Assembly: GCA_016748015.1 (NCBI GenBank)
Contig: JAAOMT010000193.1
Coordinates: forward strand, 288,042 to 352,041
DNA length: 64,000 nucleotides
From: Geosiphon pyriformis uo1
Taxonomy: Eukaryota; Fungi; Glomeromycota
Direction: 5' to 3'
Position numbers and translations under genes: made by a program. The notes under the pieces are model-generated. The model did no database searches. It was not told where the DNA came from and saw nothing but the letters and a program-made list of their open reading frames with translations. Positions 1 through 14,850 of the stretch are shown here, piece after piece; the stretch's first letter is position 1, and every line of letters begins with the position of its first letter.

Positions 1-299
1 CCCTGCAGTATGCCTATATAATATAATTGTTATTTAATAATTATTTTTTAAATTAACATTATTATTGTTTTATATATTTTAATATTGAAAAAAATTCGTT
101 TTATTATTGTAAAATAAAAATAATTGTAAGTTTTAAAATTAGAAAAAATTAAATCAGTATTAAAATATATTTTTATTATTATTTTGTATAAATATATGTA
201 ACTTTATATTAATTTTAAACTTATTAAATAAAAGTTTATATATTTAATTTGTAAATAAAACAAATTTAATGATGTTATTTTTTATGTATTAAATCAAAA

Positions 300-2400
300 A
301 AAATTTAATAAGAACTTAAAATATGTAACAAAAATATTATTTATATATTTTTTATATGTAACAGTTATATAAAATTATGTTAAGCTATATAAATTTTAAA
401 AAATAAAAAAAAGACATTAAAAACTAACTGGTCAATAATAAACCAGTTATTAAAAAGAAAATAATTCTTTTAAACAAACAAACTTAATTAAACATATTAT
501 TAAAACTATAAAAATAAGAATCTTAATTAAAAAAAATAATAATCAAAATAAAATAATTTAAATTTATGCAAAAAACCAAAAATAAATAAGTTTTTTTAAT
601 AATAATAATAATTTTCAAGAAAAATTATATCTTTTAAATTAACAAATAATAAACAAAGTATTTAAATTAGTTAACAAAAACTTTGTTCTAATTTATATAA
701 ATGATATAATAATATTTTCAAAAACTTGAAATAAAAATTTTAAGTATTTACAAAAAGCTTTTATTCTTTTAAAAAAATATTGGTCTTAAAATTAATTTTA
801 TTAAATCTGTTTTTAAACAACAATTTATCTAATTTTTTGAATATTTTATTATAAAATATGATATTGTTTCTAATCTAAGCAAGATTAAAAAAGTTTTATT
901 AATTAAATAACATTAAATTAAATGTAGTTTTTTATTATATTAAATATAATAATAGATTTAAACATTTATTTTATACTTAGATTTTTGATTATACTTAACA
1001 AAAAAAAACATTAAAAATTATTAAATTAGAAAAAAAAATTAAATTTTATAATATATATACTAATTTATTAGCTAAATACTTTAAAAAAACAAAAAAATTT
1101 TAGTTTAATATTTGTTAATATGTTTTTTAATAAATTAAAATAAAAATTTTTAAATTTTTAATAATAATTTTTAATAACAATAAATATATTATAATAATTA
1201 TCAATTATTTTTATAAAATGAGTAAAACTAAAGCTATTTTTATTATTAAAATTATATATAAAGATATTTTATATTATTATAACTGCTCAATAAAACTTTT
1301 TTTTAATAAAATAAAGTTTTTTTTAACATATTAATTAAAAAATTATGAATATATTATAAAAAAAAAATTATATTATTTTTAAACAAAAAATTTAATAGAA
1401 AAATGTTATAAAATATTATAAAAACATTAATCAAAACCAATAAAAAAACAAACTTGTAAAATAAAATATTGTTTTCAATTTTATTTATCCATAAAACTGT
1501 AAATTATAAATTTTTCTATTTACTTTATAAAAAATAATATTATTAATAAGAATTAATATTAAAAGAGTATTATTTAAATAATTACAAAAAACAGTACAAA
1601 AATACATTATAAATATTATTTTAAATCTATTAATAAAGACATAAATAATTATTTTTAAAAAATTAAACAAATTTAAAAAAAACTCAAAAAAAACTTATAA
1701 AACACTTTTTTTAAGTATTAATAATTTAGCTTTAAAATATTATTTAAAAACAATAGTTATAAAATATATTTTTTAGTAACTAGAAAAAAAATTTATTAAT
1801 ATAAAATTTCAACTTATAAACTATTAAAATATATATTTACTTAATTTTTAATAAATAATTTGTATATAATATAAAACTTAAAAAATATTACAAATAATTT
1901 AATTAATTATATATTATAATAATATTAGTTTTAATAATTAGCAAAAATTAAATATAAATAAATACACTATTTTTTATAAGTATTAAATAATTAATGATTT
2001 AAATACTGTTTAACAGTTTATAATAACTAATATAAAAAAAGTATGTATTATTAATAAAAACAAAAAAATAATTATTAAAAAAATCAAAAAAGTATATACA
2101 TAAATATATAAAAATAAAGTTATTTTTATTTAATATATTTACTTAAAATATTGTTTATTAACAAAAAAATATTAAACAAAAATTCTGAAAATTATATAAT
2201 CAAATATTTTTAAATTTTGATTATTTTTAAAAATACTAAAATTTTATATAAAAATTTGGTTTATTAAACTTAAACTTATTTTATTATTATTTTTAATATA
2301 TTTTAAAAATAAAAAACTTTTAATAAACAAGTTAATTTTAAGTTAAAAAATATAGTTTAATTAAAAGTTTGATATTATAAAAGTTTAATTTATTTTAAAA
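300..2400 (+). mobile_element. Highly degenerate Ty3/Gypsy pol remnant (reverse transcriptase region); boundaries approximate
   Basis: 652-760 translates NKVFKLVNKNFVLIYINDIIIFSKT*NKNFKYLQKAF, the Gypsy RT V-Y-x-D-D-I-I-I-F-S-K-T motif with DD>ND by G>A (Tyr codon at 694). The surrounding DNA is too decayed to read further domains. Confidence 0.5.
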
Positions 2401-2519
2401 AAAATAATATTATAATTTATAATATTATATAATTATTATTTTATTTTTTAATAAAATTATTAACTTATTTATTAATCCAATTATTAATTTAGTTATTTAA
2501 TTTAATTATTAGTTATTAT

Positions 2520-5500
2520 ATAAACAAGAAAAAAAAAACTCCTTTTTTTTTACATTCCAAATCTTTCAAAAAGCATATTTTTGATAAAAAAGTTTTTTGT
2601 TTTTTCTTGTTTTTCTCATTCAATATTTTTTAATTTAATAACTTTTTTATTATAGATCTGGAAATTGTTTTAAGTAATAACATGTCAAAGAAAAAAATGT
2701 TCAAAGAAGCTTTTTATAATTTCATTAATAACTTTTTTGCTTAAAAAAAAAATAGTTCTTAACAACATTAAATATTTTGGTAATAAGAAAAATATATCTT
2801 TGGTTAAATTTGGTCTTGATAATATTTATTTAGATTTAAACAGTAAGTCTAATAGTAGTAAAAACAATAATATTATAAAAGATATTAATAGTAAGTCTCT
2901 TTTAAGTTTAGTTATAGCTACTTTCAAAGCCAAAATAATAATTAATAGTATAAATTGTGGCTTCTTCTTAGATTCTCTCAAATTTAATATAGAAAAAAAA
3001 GTTAATTCTCTTCCATCTCTTTTCAATATTTTCTTAAACAAAAAATAGATTAACTCTAAAATAGTGAAGATTTTAGTTGAAATGACCATTAAAAAATCTT
3101 TCACTTTGGATATTAATTTGTTAACAATAGAAAACAAATTAACAATAATTAAAACTCAGACAATTAAAAAATTATTTTTATTAATTAATAATTTTGAAAA
3201 AACTAATACTTTTTCAAAATTTAAAAAAACTAATACTTTTTCAAAATTTGAAAAAATCATCTGATTAATATTCAAATCAGAAGAAAATATAAAAAAAACT
3301 GTGTTATTAACTAAAAAAAAAAAATTAAAGTAAACAATAATCTTAAAAGACAAAAAATTAAATCAGATTAAACTGTAATAATAATAAAAATTTTCATAAA
3401 TATGCCAAAAAATGATTGTTACTGTAGTATTTGAGTATAGCCAAATTGTGTTAATTAAATTATAACTTATTGGACTATAACAGAAAGCTATAATAGAGTT
3501 TACTGAATTAGCTTAAGCAAATCAGTTGGCAGCAAAATAATTATTTTTGATTAAAAAAGATTTAGTACATATAGCCAAAGTTATAAAAGATTATGATATT
3601 TAGATGTCAAAAAATTGATTTAAAACACTTTTGTTTACTCTGTTGATAAGAACAACTGTTTATAATTTAAGCACTCTATTAAAAAAACTGATAACAAAAC
3701 TTGTATTATTAATTAGTCATTTAAGAATCACAATAAGATTTATTGTACTGTAATTAGATTTGAAACAGAAAATAATCTAAAATCTGTTTTTTACACAAAA
3801 TTAATTCTAAATAATACAAAACTTTTTTGGGTCAAATTAGATTTGATTAAATATGAAAAGTGTAAAAATTTTAGACATTTAGTTTTAAAGTGTAATGTTT
3901 CAAGTATATTTATTTTGTTTTTCAAAAAAATTCATAAAAAGATTGTTTTAAAAAAAGATTGTTTTGAGCTGGCCAAATTATATGCTAAAAAAGATGTTTT
4001 ATTTTCTATTTTGTTGTTTTTAATGGCAAATTTTAGACACAAGTAATCTTATTTGCTGCTTTTTTTAAAGATACTTATTTTAATTCTGATTCTGGATTTT
4101 TTTTTAGATTGTTATATATTAAAAAAAGTTTTTTGGTTGATCAAAATAATTCATCTATTGGTGTTCATCTAGTATCTTTAAAATGCTCTTTAGGGTTTTT
4201 GGTTAATCAAATATTAAATATTGTATAAAAATTAAGCAATATGAATTTGGTGTTTTTGGTATTTGTTTCTTATTTTTTCTTTTTTGCTGTGTCTATATTA
4301 TTGAACTTAAATTTAGATTTAGATATTGTCTTATATGGCTTATTAACATTTTTTTTCTATTTCTATCAGTTATAAAAGACAAGTTTTTGAATTTAGATCT
4401 AAGCAGCTCAAAAATTTTAACCACCAAAATTAATAGCTTAAAATCAAAAATAGTTGCTCTTAAAATCTCTATTAATTTAGTTTTAAAAAAATTAAATTAG
4501 TTGTGCTCTGGCTTGAGTTTTATGTTGCTTTTTTTATCTCAATAACTAATTTAATATGAAAGTTTACTACATACAATGTTTAAGATATCAATGTTTTTAT
4601 TAAGCAAAAAAATGTTATTTATTGGCATATAAAATTGGATAATATGGTCTCTATAGTTACAAAAACAAAATTAAGATTTAGTATTAAGTCATGAATTGTA
4701 AATAAATTTAATGGTATCTGAATTTTTACATCTGGTTTAAATAAAAGTTTCCTTGGTGCTAAAGTAATTATTATTATAAACAATTTTTTGGCTTAATATA
4801 TCTTTAAAATAGAAAAAATTCCTCATCATATTATTTTAGTATGGCTTTTTTTCAAAAACAAACTCTCAATTATGGTTTTGAGTTTATATGTTGGTGTTTT
4901 TACTAAAGCTAAGTTTAGTCAAGCTTTAAAAATTAATTTGTTTATTATCAAAACAGTCAATTTTAGTAATTTTGTGGTCATAAGTTAAAACTTCAATAAA
5001 AATAAATCCAAAAAAGTGCAAGTTTTAAATTCTGTTTGAATTTGGGTTTAGTCAACTTATTTAATAGACATTTATTGGCTAAAATCTCTACTTAAAGCAA
5101 TTCAAAGAGTATTGAGAAGATTATTAATTATATTTTTGTAAATAAAAACTTTGTTTTTTGCAATTTTTAATTATAAAGTTAAATTAGTATCTGATTTTTT
5201 TAATACTAATCACAAGGCAGTTTCAGTAATAGTAAATCTAAATAGCTTACTGGATGTTTATTTAAATAGTCTATATAAACAAGTTAACAAAAATTGTTGA
5301 AAGTTTAAAATTAAAGATGTAAATAATGCAAAGTAAATGCAATTTAAAAAATGTTTTTTTGCTAGATATGTATTAATAACAGATAAGTTTTTAGAAGCAA
5401 GAGCTTGTAAAAATATAGATACTATGTAGGAGTTGTTAAATAAAATAATAGTGAAGTTTACTAATAAAACATTTTCTAAACATTATTTTAATGAGTTTTA

Positions 5501-8500
5501 GTGTTTAAGAAAAAAACATTCTTCTAAGTTTTTTGGATTAGAATTGCCAATTTCTAAGATTGTTAAAAAGTTAAGCTCTAGTAATATGTTTGAATTCAAC
5601 TGTTTTGTTAAAAAATAATTAACTTTAAATAATAGTAAGACTTTTAAAGTCATAAATATGTTTTAAAATAATTTAAAGTTAATAAATATTTTTAAACAGT
5701 TATTAATTGTTTGCAAAAAGTACAAAAAATCTAAATTATATAAGTTAAAGTTGGCTAAAAAAGCAGCTATTAGGAAAATAATCAAACAATGTATGAAAAA
5801 TTTTTGTTTAAATAAAAAAAACATAATAAAAAATGTTTTAGACCAGTTTTTTTGCAAAATAGTTTTGGACTACTTGATAGTAAAAAATAAGTTAGTTTTG
5901 AAACCAGAACAAGTAAAACTTAGCATTAACAAGATTATAAAAAATTGGACAAAAAAGTGAGCTGTATTTTTAGTAATATTTAATTTATATACTTACTAAT
6001 ATATACTATTAAACTATATAAATAATAACATCTTTTTTGGAATAATAAAAAAAATCTGTATGAAAAAATTACTCTTAGTAATTAGTGGTTTGTTTGATGA
6101 TAAGGCTGTTAAGTTGTTTAATATCTTCAATGAACTTTAGAAACATAGTAGTAATAATGTAATAAAGTTTCTTATGAATTTGTTGAATGTATATTTGTCT
6201 CTTAGTAATGTATTTGTTCTATAAAAAAAAGCTTAGATTTTAATAATTCTCAAGCTATATAATTTGAAAAGAATTTTGACAAACATCCAACTTATTGTAT
6301 TAATTAAGACAGTTAAAAAAATTTTTTTTAATTGTATTTTAGTAGTATATAGTAAGTTTAATGTTTATGTAATGATAATTTTTTAGTATTAAGTTACTTC
6401 AATTCAATCTCTTGTGTTTGCTATTGAGTTTGTGGCTAAAAATGCTTTAGAAAAAAATAGAAAAGTTTGATTGGTTTTATAAGATATGTGTAAAACATAT
6501 AACTTAGTTGAATAGTATCATCTAAAAATTAGTTTACAATGAATTAAAATATGCAATTAGCTTATCAAATTTTTTGGTGGTATATATAAAAGTAAAATCA
6601 ATAGGATAATGATTAATTTTGGGTTTTCAAATAACTATAAAGTACATAATAAGTTGAATTAAAGAAAGATTTTCTCATTTCTCTTTTGAAAAATTTTTTA
6701 TAATCTATTTTTATGTAAAATTAAAAAACATGAACATTCATGCAGATATCAAATTAAGTTTGTAATCAAAACAAACAGAATTGAAAACAGTAATAAAATA
6801 ATTTTTTTTTATTGTTGGTATATTTATTGATAACACATTTTGGGTTAAGAATAGTTAAGCTTCTATACAATATACTTTAAACATAATTAATAAATTTTTT
6901 ATGGTTAATAATATTTCAATTAACAATAAAAAAACAATAACTATTTCTATTAATTAAAGCATCAAAATTGCTTTTTTAAGAATCAATAGCTTGTTAATTT
7001 CTATTGCCAAAAAAAGTAAAACACACAGATATCTTGATATTTTTTTGTTAGCTGAAGAGTTGTTTAAATTAAGTTTAATTAAAACTTATTCTAATATCCA
7101 GTTTTTTGTCAATATAGTGCTTAAAAAACTATTACAAATAAACAGTATTTTTATCTAATGTCAACTGTTTTGTAGTCTATAATTTGTTATAAATTTTAAT
7201 TTAGCTTTTTTTATTAAGTATGTATCATAAGTGAGATGTTATAATTAGAAAAAATTTCAAATTTAAGACTAATTTACTACATAACTTTTTTAATAAGATG
7301 TTGTATTATCTATTTTTATATAGTTTGAAATTCTTTGAACAAATACAAACTAAGGTCAAATTGGCATTTGTAGTATTTTTTGCCAATTTTCTAGACATTT
7401 TTTGGCAGAAATAATAAAAATATTTTTGGTTAATAGTTTATCTCTAGATGACAAGTTGTCTAATGTATTTTGCAGTTTTAGAAAATTTTTATGTCAGATA
7501 TTTTGGAGAAGTCTTTGTACTATACTTTAGTTTGCTTTTTAAAAAATTTGGTGTGGTGTTTAATGACAAACTTTTGGATAAATATAACAGTATAATAGAT
7601 TGGAAAACATTTTGTTATTGAAAAAAATTAGATCTTAAGAACTTTGTATCATTTTAATTTAAGTTAGTTTCAAAGTTTTTTTGTGATAATGCTTCTTTAA
7701 TAGTTGATTCTGATTATACTAATAGGTCAAACAAGTTAAATATTTTGAAATTTAATAAGTTTTCTAATATCTGTAAATATTTACATAAGATTTGAACAGA
7801 TATTATTGAAATATATACTAATAAATTATTAAAAAATTTAGGTTCTGCAGAGATAACTTATAAAACTATAACATACTTTTTGATATTAAAATATATAATT
7901 TTCTGTTATCTACAATGGCCAAATTATAGGCTGTTGCTTTGTCTTTGGGGTGTGTTTTATTTTTTTGCATAGTAGCTTTGTATTTAAATAGCCAAATTGC
8001 TATTAATACATATATATCTGAGATTAAACTTAATATACTGGATTTTTACAATTAATGTTAAATAAAAAGAAGACATATTACTAATCTAATAAAAGACAAA
8101 TATTTTATAGTTAGATAGATTAAGATTAAAGACTATTCAGGTGTTTTAAACAATATTAAAGTAAATTAAATAGCAGATATAGCTGCAAATTCTTTCTTGT
8201 TTTTACCAAGTAGGATTTATAAACATTTTATTATAACTGAAAACACAGCTGTTTTTGGCAATACTTGTTACTGTATTTGTAATATATATAGATTTATATA
8301 TTGTGCTTATTGGAAAAATAGTATTGATTATAATATAGTCTTACATAATTTGATTTAGAAGGTAGATTAGATGTTTATTATTAAAGTATAACACTCTGAT
8401 TTACACATATTTTTTGGCTTTATGAGTAAAAAGTTTGCTAATCTATGTACATATTTAATAAAAACTGTTTATAAACACTTGCTTATAACAGTTAAAAAAA

Positions 8501-9200
8501 AACTGTATAATAAAAAATACCCTAAAGTATTATGTTTGTTGTATAAAAAGATTGAATTTTCAGATTATGTTTTTATTTATTTTAAGAATATTATAATTTG
8601 TGAAAAAATTTTGATTAAACTTTCTGGCATCTGTGTTTTTTTTTCTTTTGTTATACTAAAAACTCTCTAAATGTTTGGTTAATATGAATTTATATGCTTT
8701 AATTTGTAAAAAATTTATGCTGACAAAATAGTATTGAAAGCTGTAATGGTTTTTAATAACAAAAAAAAAAGCTGTAAATACTATAATTGCTTTTATTAAA
8801 CAGTTAATAAAATTTTATTGCTTAAAAATTTGGTTTATTAAATCAAAGTTCAGAACAGATATGAAAAAAGTAAGTTTAATAAGTAATAAAAAGATAAAGT
8901 CTAATTTGGCTGTTAGTTTGGTGGCTGGTTTGTTAAATAGTATGATCTATTTATTAAGATTAATTAAATCACTTATTATTAGTTTTAATAGACACAAACT
9001 GTGTTTGTTTTTTTCTGGTTTAAGTAGTAATATAAAAATTTATATAAATGTATAGTATTGTTTTGTCTGGCTTAAATAGCTAGCCACGTGTAAAAAGTAC
9101 ATAAATTGTGTTTAGTTTAAGCTATTTAGTTTGGTTCTATGTATTAGATAGTAGTTAGACTTTATTTATTAATAAATAAATAAAAAATAAAATAAAATAA
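2520..9200 (+). mobile_element. Full-length but inactivated non-LTR retrotransposon (LINE): ORF1-like, AP endonuclease, RT, RNase H, C-terminal zinc-finger region
   Basis: Decayed motifs occur in the expected order: KKSFTLDINL (~3090), zinc-knuckle remnant YEKCKNFRH (~3852), APE start *KFTTYNV*DIN (~4557) and end FNTNHKAV (~5200, from DTDH), RT FIDNTFW (~6823, from FVDD), RNase H IYTNKLL (~7811, from YTDGS) and IKIKDYSG (~8120, from KVKGHSG), YPKVLCLLY..EFSDYVF (~8520). Stop at 9055, then an A-rich tail at ~9170-9200. Many stops and frameshifts. Confidence 0.88.
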
Positions 9201-12200
9201 ACAAAAAATTTTTCAATTATAAAAAAACAATTAAGTAAAAAAATTTAAGCACAAAATAAAATAATAATAAAATAATTATTTATTAAATTTTATTGTATTT
9301 TATTACTGATTTTTTTATTTTATTTTATTTTTGATTTATATTGTTAAAATTAGTTTGAAAAGTTATTTGCTTGCTTTTATAAAATAAAAAATTATTAAAT
9401 CATACAACAATATTTATTATTAATTTAAAAATTACCAAAGTAAAGTATAAAATAATAGTAATAATATTAATTTATTAAAAATTATAAATTTTTTTTTTTT
9501 TTAGAAAATTAATTATATGTATTAAATCTTTACAAATTTAATTTATTTATTTAATTTAATTTTTTAATTTGTATAATGTTAGTTTTTGTATAATATATTA
9601 ATAAATATTTAATAAAAATACAAATAATATCTGTTATTTAATTTTAAAAATATTAATATAAGATATATAATTAAAGTAACCATATTATTTTTTATTAATA
9701 ATATAGACTATTTTATTTTTATATTTTTTTGCTAATTTTTAAAAACAATAATAACTCAAATATTTATTAAATTAATCTTTTATATATTAAATTGGATTTA
9801 TTTTTTAATTTCATATTATTATATAATGTTAATAAATTTAATAATTAAAAAGATTTTGAATAAAAGTAAAACACCATTTTTATTTTGAATAAAAGTTTTA
9901 TTTATTTAAAGATTTTTTTGTGTTTTTATTATTCAAAAAAAGTATTTTAACTTTTTAACTGTTTTAAATTTTAAAAAAACTTTTTAAATATTAAAAATAT
10001 TAAAAACAATAAGACAAAAAAATTGCTTTTTTTTGGTTTTTGGTTTGGTTGTGAAAATATAAATATTATGAATTTTGAAATTTTTAATTGTTTTTTTATT
10101 TGTATATATTCATGTTATTATTAGTACTTATTAGTTTAATTATATTAAATTGTTTATTTTTTTTAATATTTTTACAAATTATAAACAACAATATTTTTGG
10201 TTAATTTATTGTAGCAATTTTTGTTGTTCTAATTTTATTATTCAATTATAACGAATTTTTAAAGAATAAAAATAAAATATAGCTAAAATAATTTATATAA
10301 TAACTAAATATGTATATTTACTACAAAGTTTTAGGAAATAAAATCTAATATATTTATTAATTTGACACATACTCAATAATTTTAATACTCTCAAAGCATA
10401 TTTAGTCTTGAAATTTTTTACACTCAAACTATGAAAATAAACTTAACTGTTTTATTTCAAAAGATAAAAAGTAATAGTAAAACTGAATATGATTTGAAAG
10501 TGTTCATAAGTGTATTTAAATTAATAAATTAATAGATTTTTTTTTACCTTTAAAAATCTCCAAATTAATTATAATTTTCAATTATATTTAAAAAAATAGT
10601 AAATAAATAAATGAATTGGATTTTTTCTCTAAATGTTTCTGAAAATTAATATATTTACCTATTAAATAAACTATCTTTATAATATATTCTAGATCTCAAA
10701 TTGTTTTTATTCTTTAAGAATTTTTTTCTTTATTCTTTACAAAAATTTAGAAAAGAAAATTCAATATATATATTTGTTTGTTTGTTTGTTTTTCTTTAAA
10801 TTTTTTGGGAATTACAAAAAATGGTTCATCAATTTTGAGATTTTAAGGTTTTTTGCACAAATAACATAATTTTTTTTATAAGAAGAATATTCGATATTGA
10901 GAAGAATGCTACCACTTTCAAATGATAATTGAATTGTGTTTATACAATCTTTGGTGAAATTTCTGAAAATTCTAAATGAATTTTCTCTAATGCTTCTATA
11001 AATATATCTGTAAAATTTCTGAATTTTGATTTTTATATTATTAAAAATACAGTTAATATATTATCCCTAAAATCAAATGTATTCAATTATAAAAAGTGTA
11101 TAGGCTGTTATATTAATGCCAAAAAGATCTAATGTAACTATTTTATTAATAGTACACAAAAGCACTCATAATATTTTTGAAATTTACAAACATTAAAACC
11201 AGAATTTAATGTATTTATAAGAGAATTTGCAGCACAATCAGAAATTAAATACAATAGAAATTTACTTTCATAAATTATAATTATTAAGTAACTAATAAGA
11301 TTATATGTATTTTTGTTTGGTTTAGTTTTTTTACAGTAATTAATAAAACTTGAAATAGTTTTGTTAATTTTATTTTTGATCTTTTTCAAAATTTCAGCTT
11401 TTTTTATTAAAAATTTCAATTATGAAAAATAATTTTATTTTTTTAAAATGTATTGAAATCTTTTAATAAGTAATATATTTGTAAGAATAACCAATTCTGT
11501 TTAACTAATTGTAATTATGGTTTACCAATTTTAGGTTGTTGGAATGAATGTTTTATCGAAGCTTATGTATCTAATATTTTAAATTCTTAATATTATTTAC
11601 TTTTAAAAATATATGCATAGCTTGCAAACGTTATGCATATAAGTCTTTTTTATTTTCAATCTAATTCTTAGACCTTGCAAGTGGATGAAATTTTTACTCT
11701 CAATACATTTATAGTAAGTTAATAATTTAATTCAAAAAGCAGTTTATCCTATTTCTAATTTTTAACCTATAACTCAAACTTATTTACAAATAAAAATAAT
11801 TTTTCTTATATTTTAATAAAATAGTCATTTTAGTAATATTTAAGTTTAATTTATTCAAAGGTTATTTTACATTTATATTAAATTACGGATATCTTCCGAA
11901 ATTTTATGGACTTTGTAATTCTTAGTAACAATTATTTATTTGAAAAATAATTAATTATTGAAATTTCAGAGCATTTCAAAAAACCAAATGGAATTCTATT
12001 TAAGCGTGCTAATAAGAAAGTCATCTTGGAAATCTTCAATGCTTGAGCCTAAACTGGATAACACTATAGGGAGTTTTTATAGCAAGTTGAGAGGCTTTCC
12101 GGTCTCCTTACCTATTTGAGACTAATTAACCATTTCCTTTCATCAACAAATCTGAGAATAAATAGTTTCTCAATTTTTGTGCCAAGAATTTTTAGCATTC

Positions 12201-12566
12201 AATATATTGGTGGCCAATATATTGAATCGAGAAAATTCCGTGTTACCCTAAATTAATGTATTTATCAAAAGATTTATTTAAATTAGAATTTGTAAAAAAA
12301 GGTAAAATACCTGAGGAATTTTCTTTTTTTCTATAAAAGATAAAGCTATTTAATGAGTACAATAATAGCAATTACAATTAAATTTGCCTATGGATTCCTT
12401 TGGGAAGAACAAAAATTGATACAAGCGAAATGTTTCCTGATGGCTTCATTTATACCTGCATTTTTTACAAAATTATTATCAATGATAAACAAAATAATTT
12501 TTATTCGGTCGATTAAATGTGCTTGCTTTCTAATACTACTTCCATTATGACGGTTCATCATCTACA

Positions 12567-13082
12567 NNNNNNNNNNNNNNNNNNNNNNNNNNNNNNNNNN
12601 NNNNNNNNNNNNNNNNNNNNNNNNNNNNNNNNNNNNNNNNNNNNNNNNNNNNNNNNNNNNNNNNNNNNNNNNNNNNNNNNNNNNNNNNNNNNNNNNNNNN
12701 NNNNNNNNNNNNNNNNNNNNNNNNNNNNNNNNNNNNNNNNNNNNNNNNNNNNNNNNNNNNNNNNNNNNNNNNNNNNNNNNNNNNNNNNNNNNNNNNNNNN
12801 NNNNNNNNNNNNNNNNNNNNNNNNNNNNNNNNNNNNNNNNNNNNNNNNNNNNNNNNNNNNNNNNNNNNNNNNNNNNNNNNNNNNNNNNNNNNNNNNNNNN
12901 NNNNNNNNNNNNNNNNNNNNNNNNNNNNNNNNNNNNNNNNNNNNNNNNNNNNNNNNNNNNNNNNNNNNNNNNNNNNNNNNNNNNNNNNNNNNNNNNNNNN
13001 NNNNNNNNNNNNNNNNNNNNNNNNNNNNNNNNNNNNNNNNNNNNNNNNNNNNNNNNNNNNNNNNNNNNNNNNNNNNNNNNNN
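12567..13082. other. Assembly gap (N run)
   Basis: Run of n. ORFs spanning it are artefacts. Confidence 1.
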
Positions 13083-14850
13083 TTTCGGGGTATTTATAAT
13101 CTAACCACAAACAAGGGTAATATTTCTATTAAATATCCAGACGCCATAAAAATTTTCAAAAGCAAGATACCAAAAAAACATCTGGAACTTTTTATGGAAT
13201 AGGAATTAAAAATTTTAATGCAAGCTTAATCGCAAATTCGGTTAGCGGTGATATAAAAATTAAATTATAATCTCCTTATTTCTTAACTTTTGTACTGAGT
13301 TTTCCTTTGTTAAATATTTTGTTGTATTTATTCATATGGTTATTAATCCTTGTCAGCCTTAACTTGGAATAATAAACAAACTAAGTTTAAAAATAATAAA
13401 GAAATAAAAAAAATGGGAGGACTAATGATTCAAAAAAGCAACTAGTTGGTATAATTTGGGAATTAGCTTAAAAAATAATTTATTCAAAAAAGTTTAATAC
13501 ATTCTAATTTTATTTAAAAAATATTTGTTTATGTAGAATTCAATTAAAATAACAATTAACAATCAACTATTTAAATTATATAATAAATATACATTTAATT
13601 TTTAAACATCAAAAAGATAATTTTAAAATAATATAAAATTTTTTACTGTTATTCCCAACCAATAAATAATAAAATCCTTATATTATACTGTGTATCAATA
13701 GCTTATGCTTTTTTTCTCTTATTTTATTTCATCTTTATTTTTTATATGTTTTCATGCCATAGAATTCGTTCTCATTTGACTATATCTAAGTCTTTAAATT
13801 AGATTCATAATTATTTGTTTATTGTTTAAAAAAATTTTATAAAAATTTTGAAACGACAATAATAAGGAGTGACATACTCTGTCAATATTTTCCCATTGCC
13901 AATTCTTTTATTATTCATTATTTGTTACTCTATTTTTATTTCATATCTGCTGATAAAAATAAATAAATTGAACATATATATTAATCAACAAAAAATATTT
14001 GTTTATACTATTTATTTATTTATTATCCTAACCAGGAAACTAATTAGAAAATAAATTATATTCCTATTGCTTTAATGGTTCTCCATGTTATTATTCAGAA
14101 CGAACCTTACAAATCCAAGACTTGTCAACCATAATCGGGGTTGTGATAAGCAGAGATTGACAGGACAAATTTTCTGCTATCAGGTGTTTTTTCAAATATC
14201 TGGCATGTATACGAGTAGTAATCTTTGCTCTTTATATCATGTCAGATTTGGGTGGGTGAAAATTTAAATAAAAAAGTTATGTGGTATAAAATAACAACTA
14301 AAGGGGCCTATAAATTTGGGGCTATTAGTTTAGATTCTTCCATAAGACTAGCGTTAGTAGTAAACAAAAATTTGAAACTGGCACGTATTCTAAAAATCAG
14401 CCATGTTTGTCTCCCCACAAAATTTATTTTGAATTTTAAACAAATATATTCGAAGATCGCTAAAAGATAAAATTTTCCAAGGTATTTTACTGAGAGTGCG
14501 GGAGCATGTGTTCAAAACTCCAAATTTTAAAATTTTCATAAAATACAAATAATAGTTTTTCAAAAGTTCTAACATTATTTAAAATAAAACAAAACATATA
14601 AATTTTTTGATATACCCCACCTTTTTGTCATCTAAAGATATATTATAGAGATCTTTATTTAATTAATTCTAATACGAGATCTCTATCCATCTAATAAAAA
14701 CAGTTGAAAATCTCAACAAAACAATAACTCCTAGCGTTTCCTAAAAATATAAAGAGCTTTTTTTTTGACGTCTTAGTCTGTTCTTCTCACCATTACTTCT
14801 TAAACAAACTTACCTTATAAATTTGATTTCTCAAAAATAATATTTTCAAA

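Noticed and set aside
1-7. CCCTGCA matching the reverse complement of the hAT terminus TGCAGGG
   Set aside because: Only 7 bp at the window edge, which cannot be distinguished from chance.
12353-13202. Coding-like sequence on both sides of the N gap
   Set aside because: No recognisable motif, in-frame stops before the gap, and the X-filled ORFs are artefacts.
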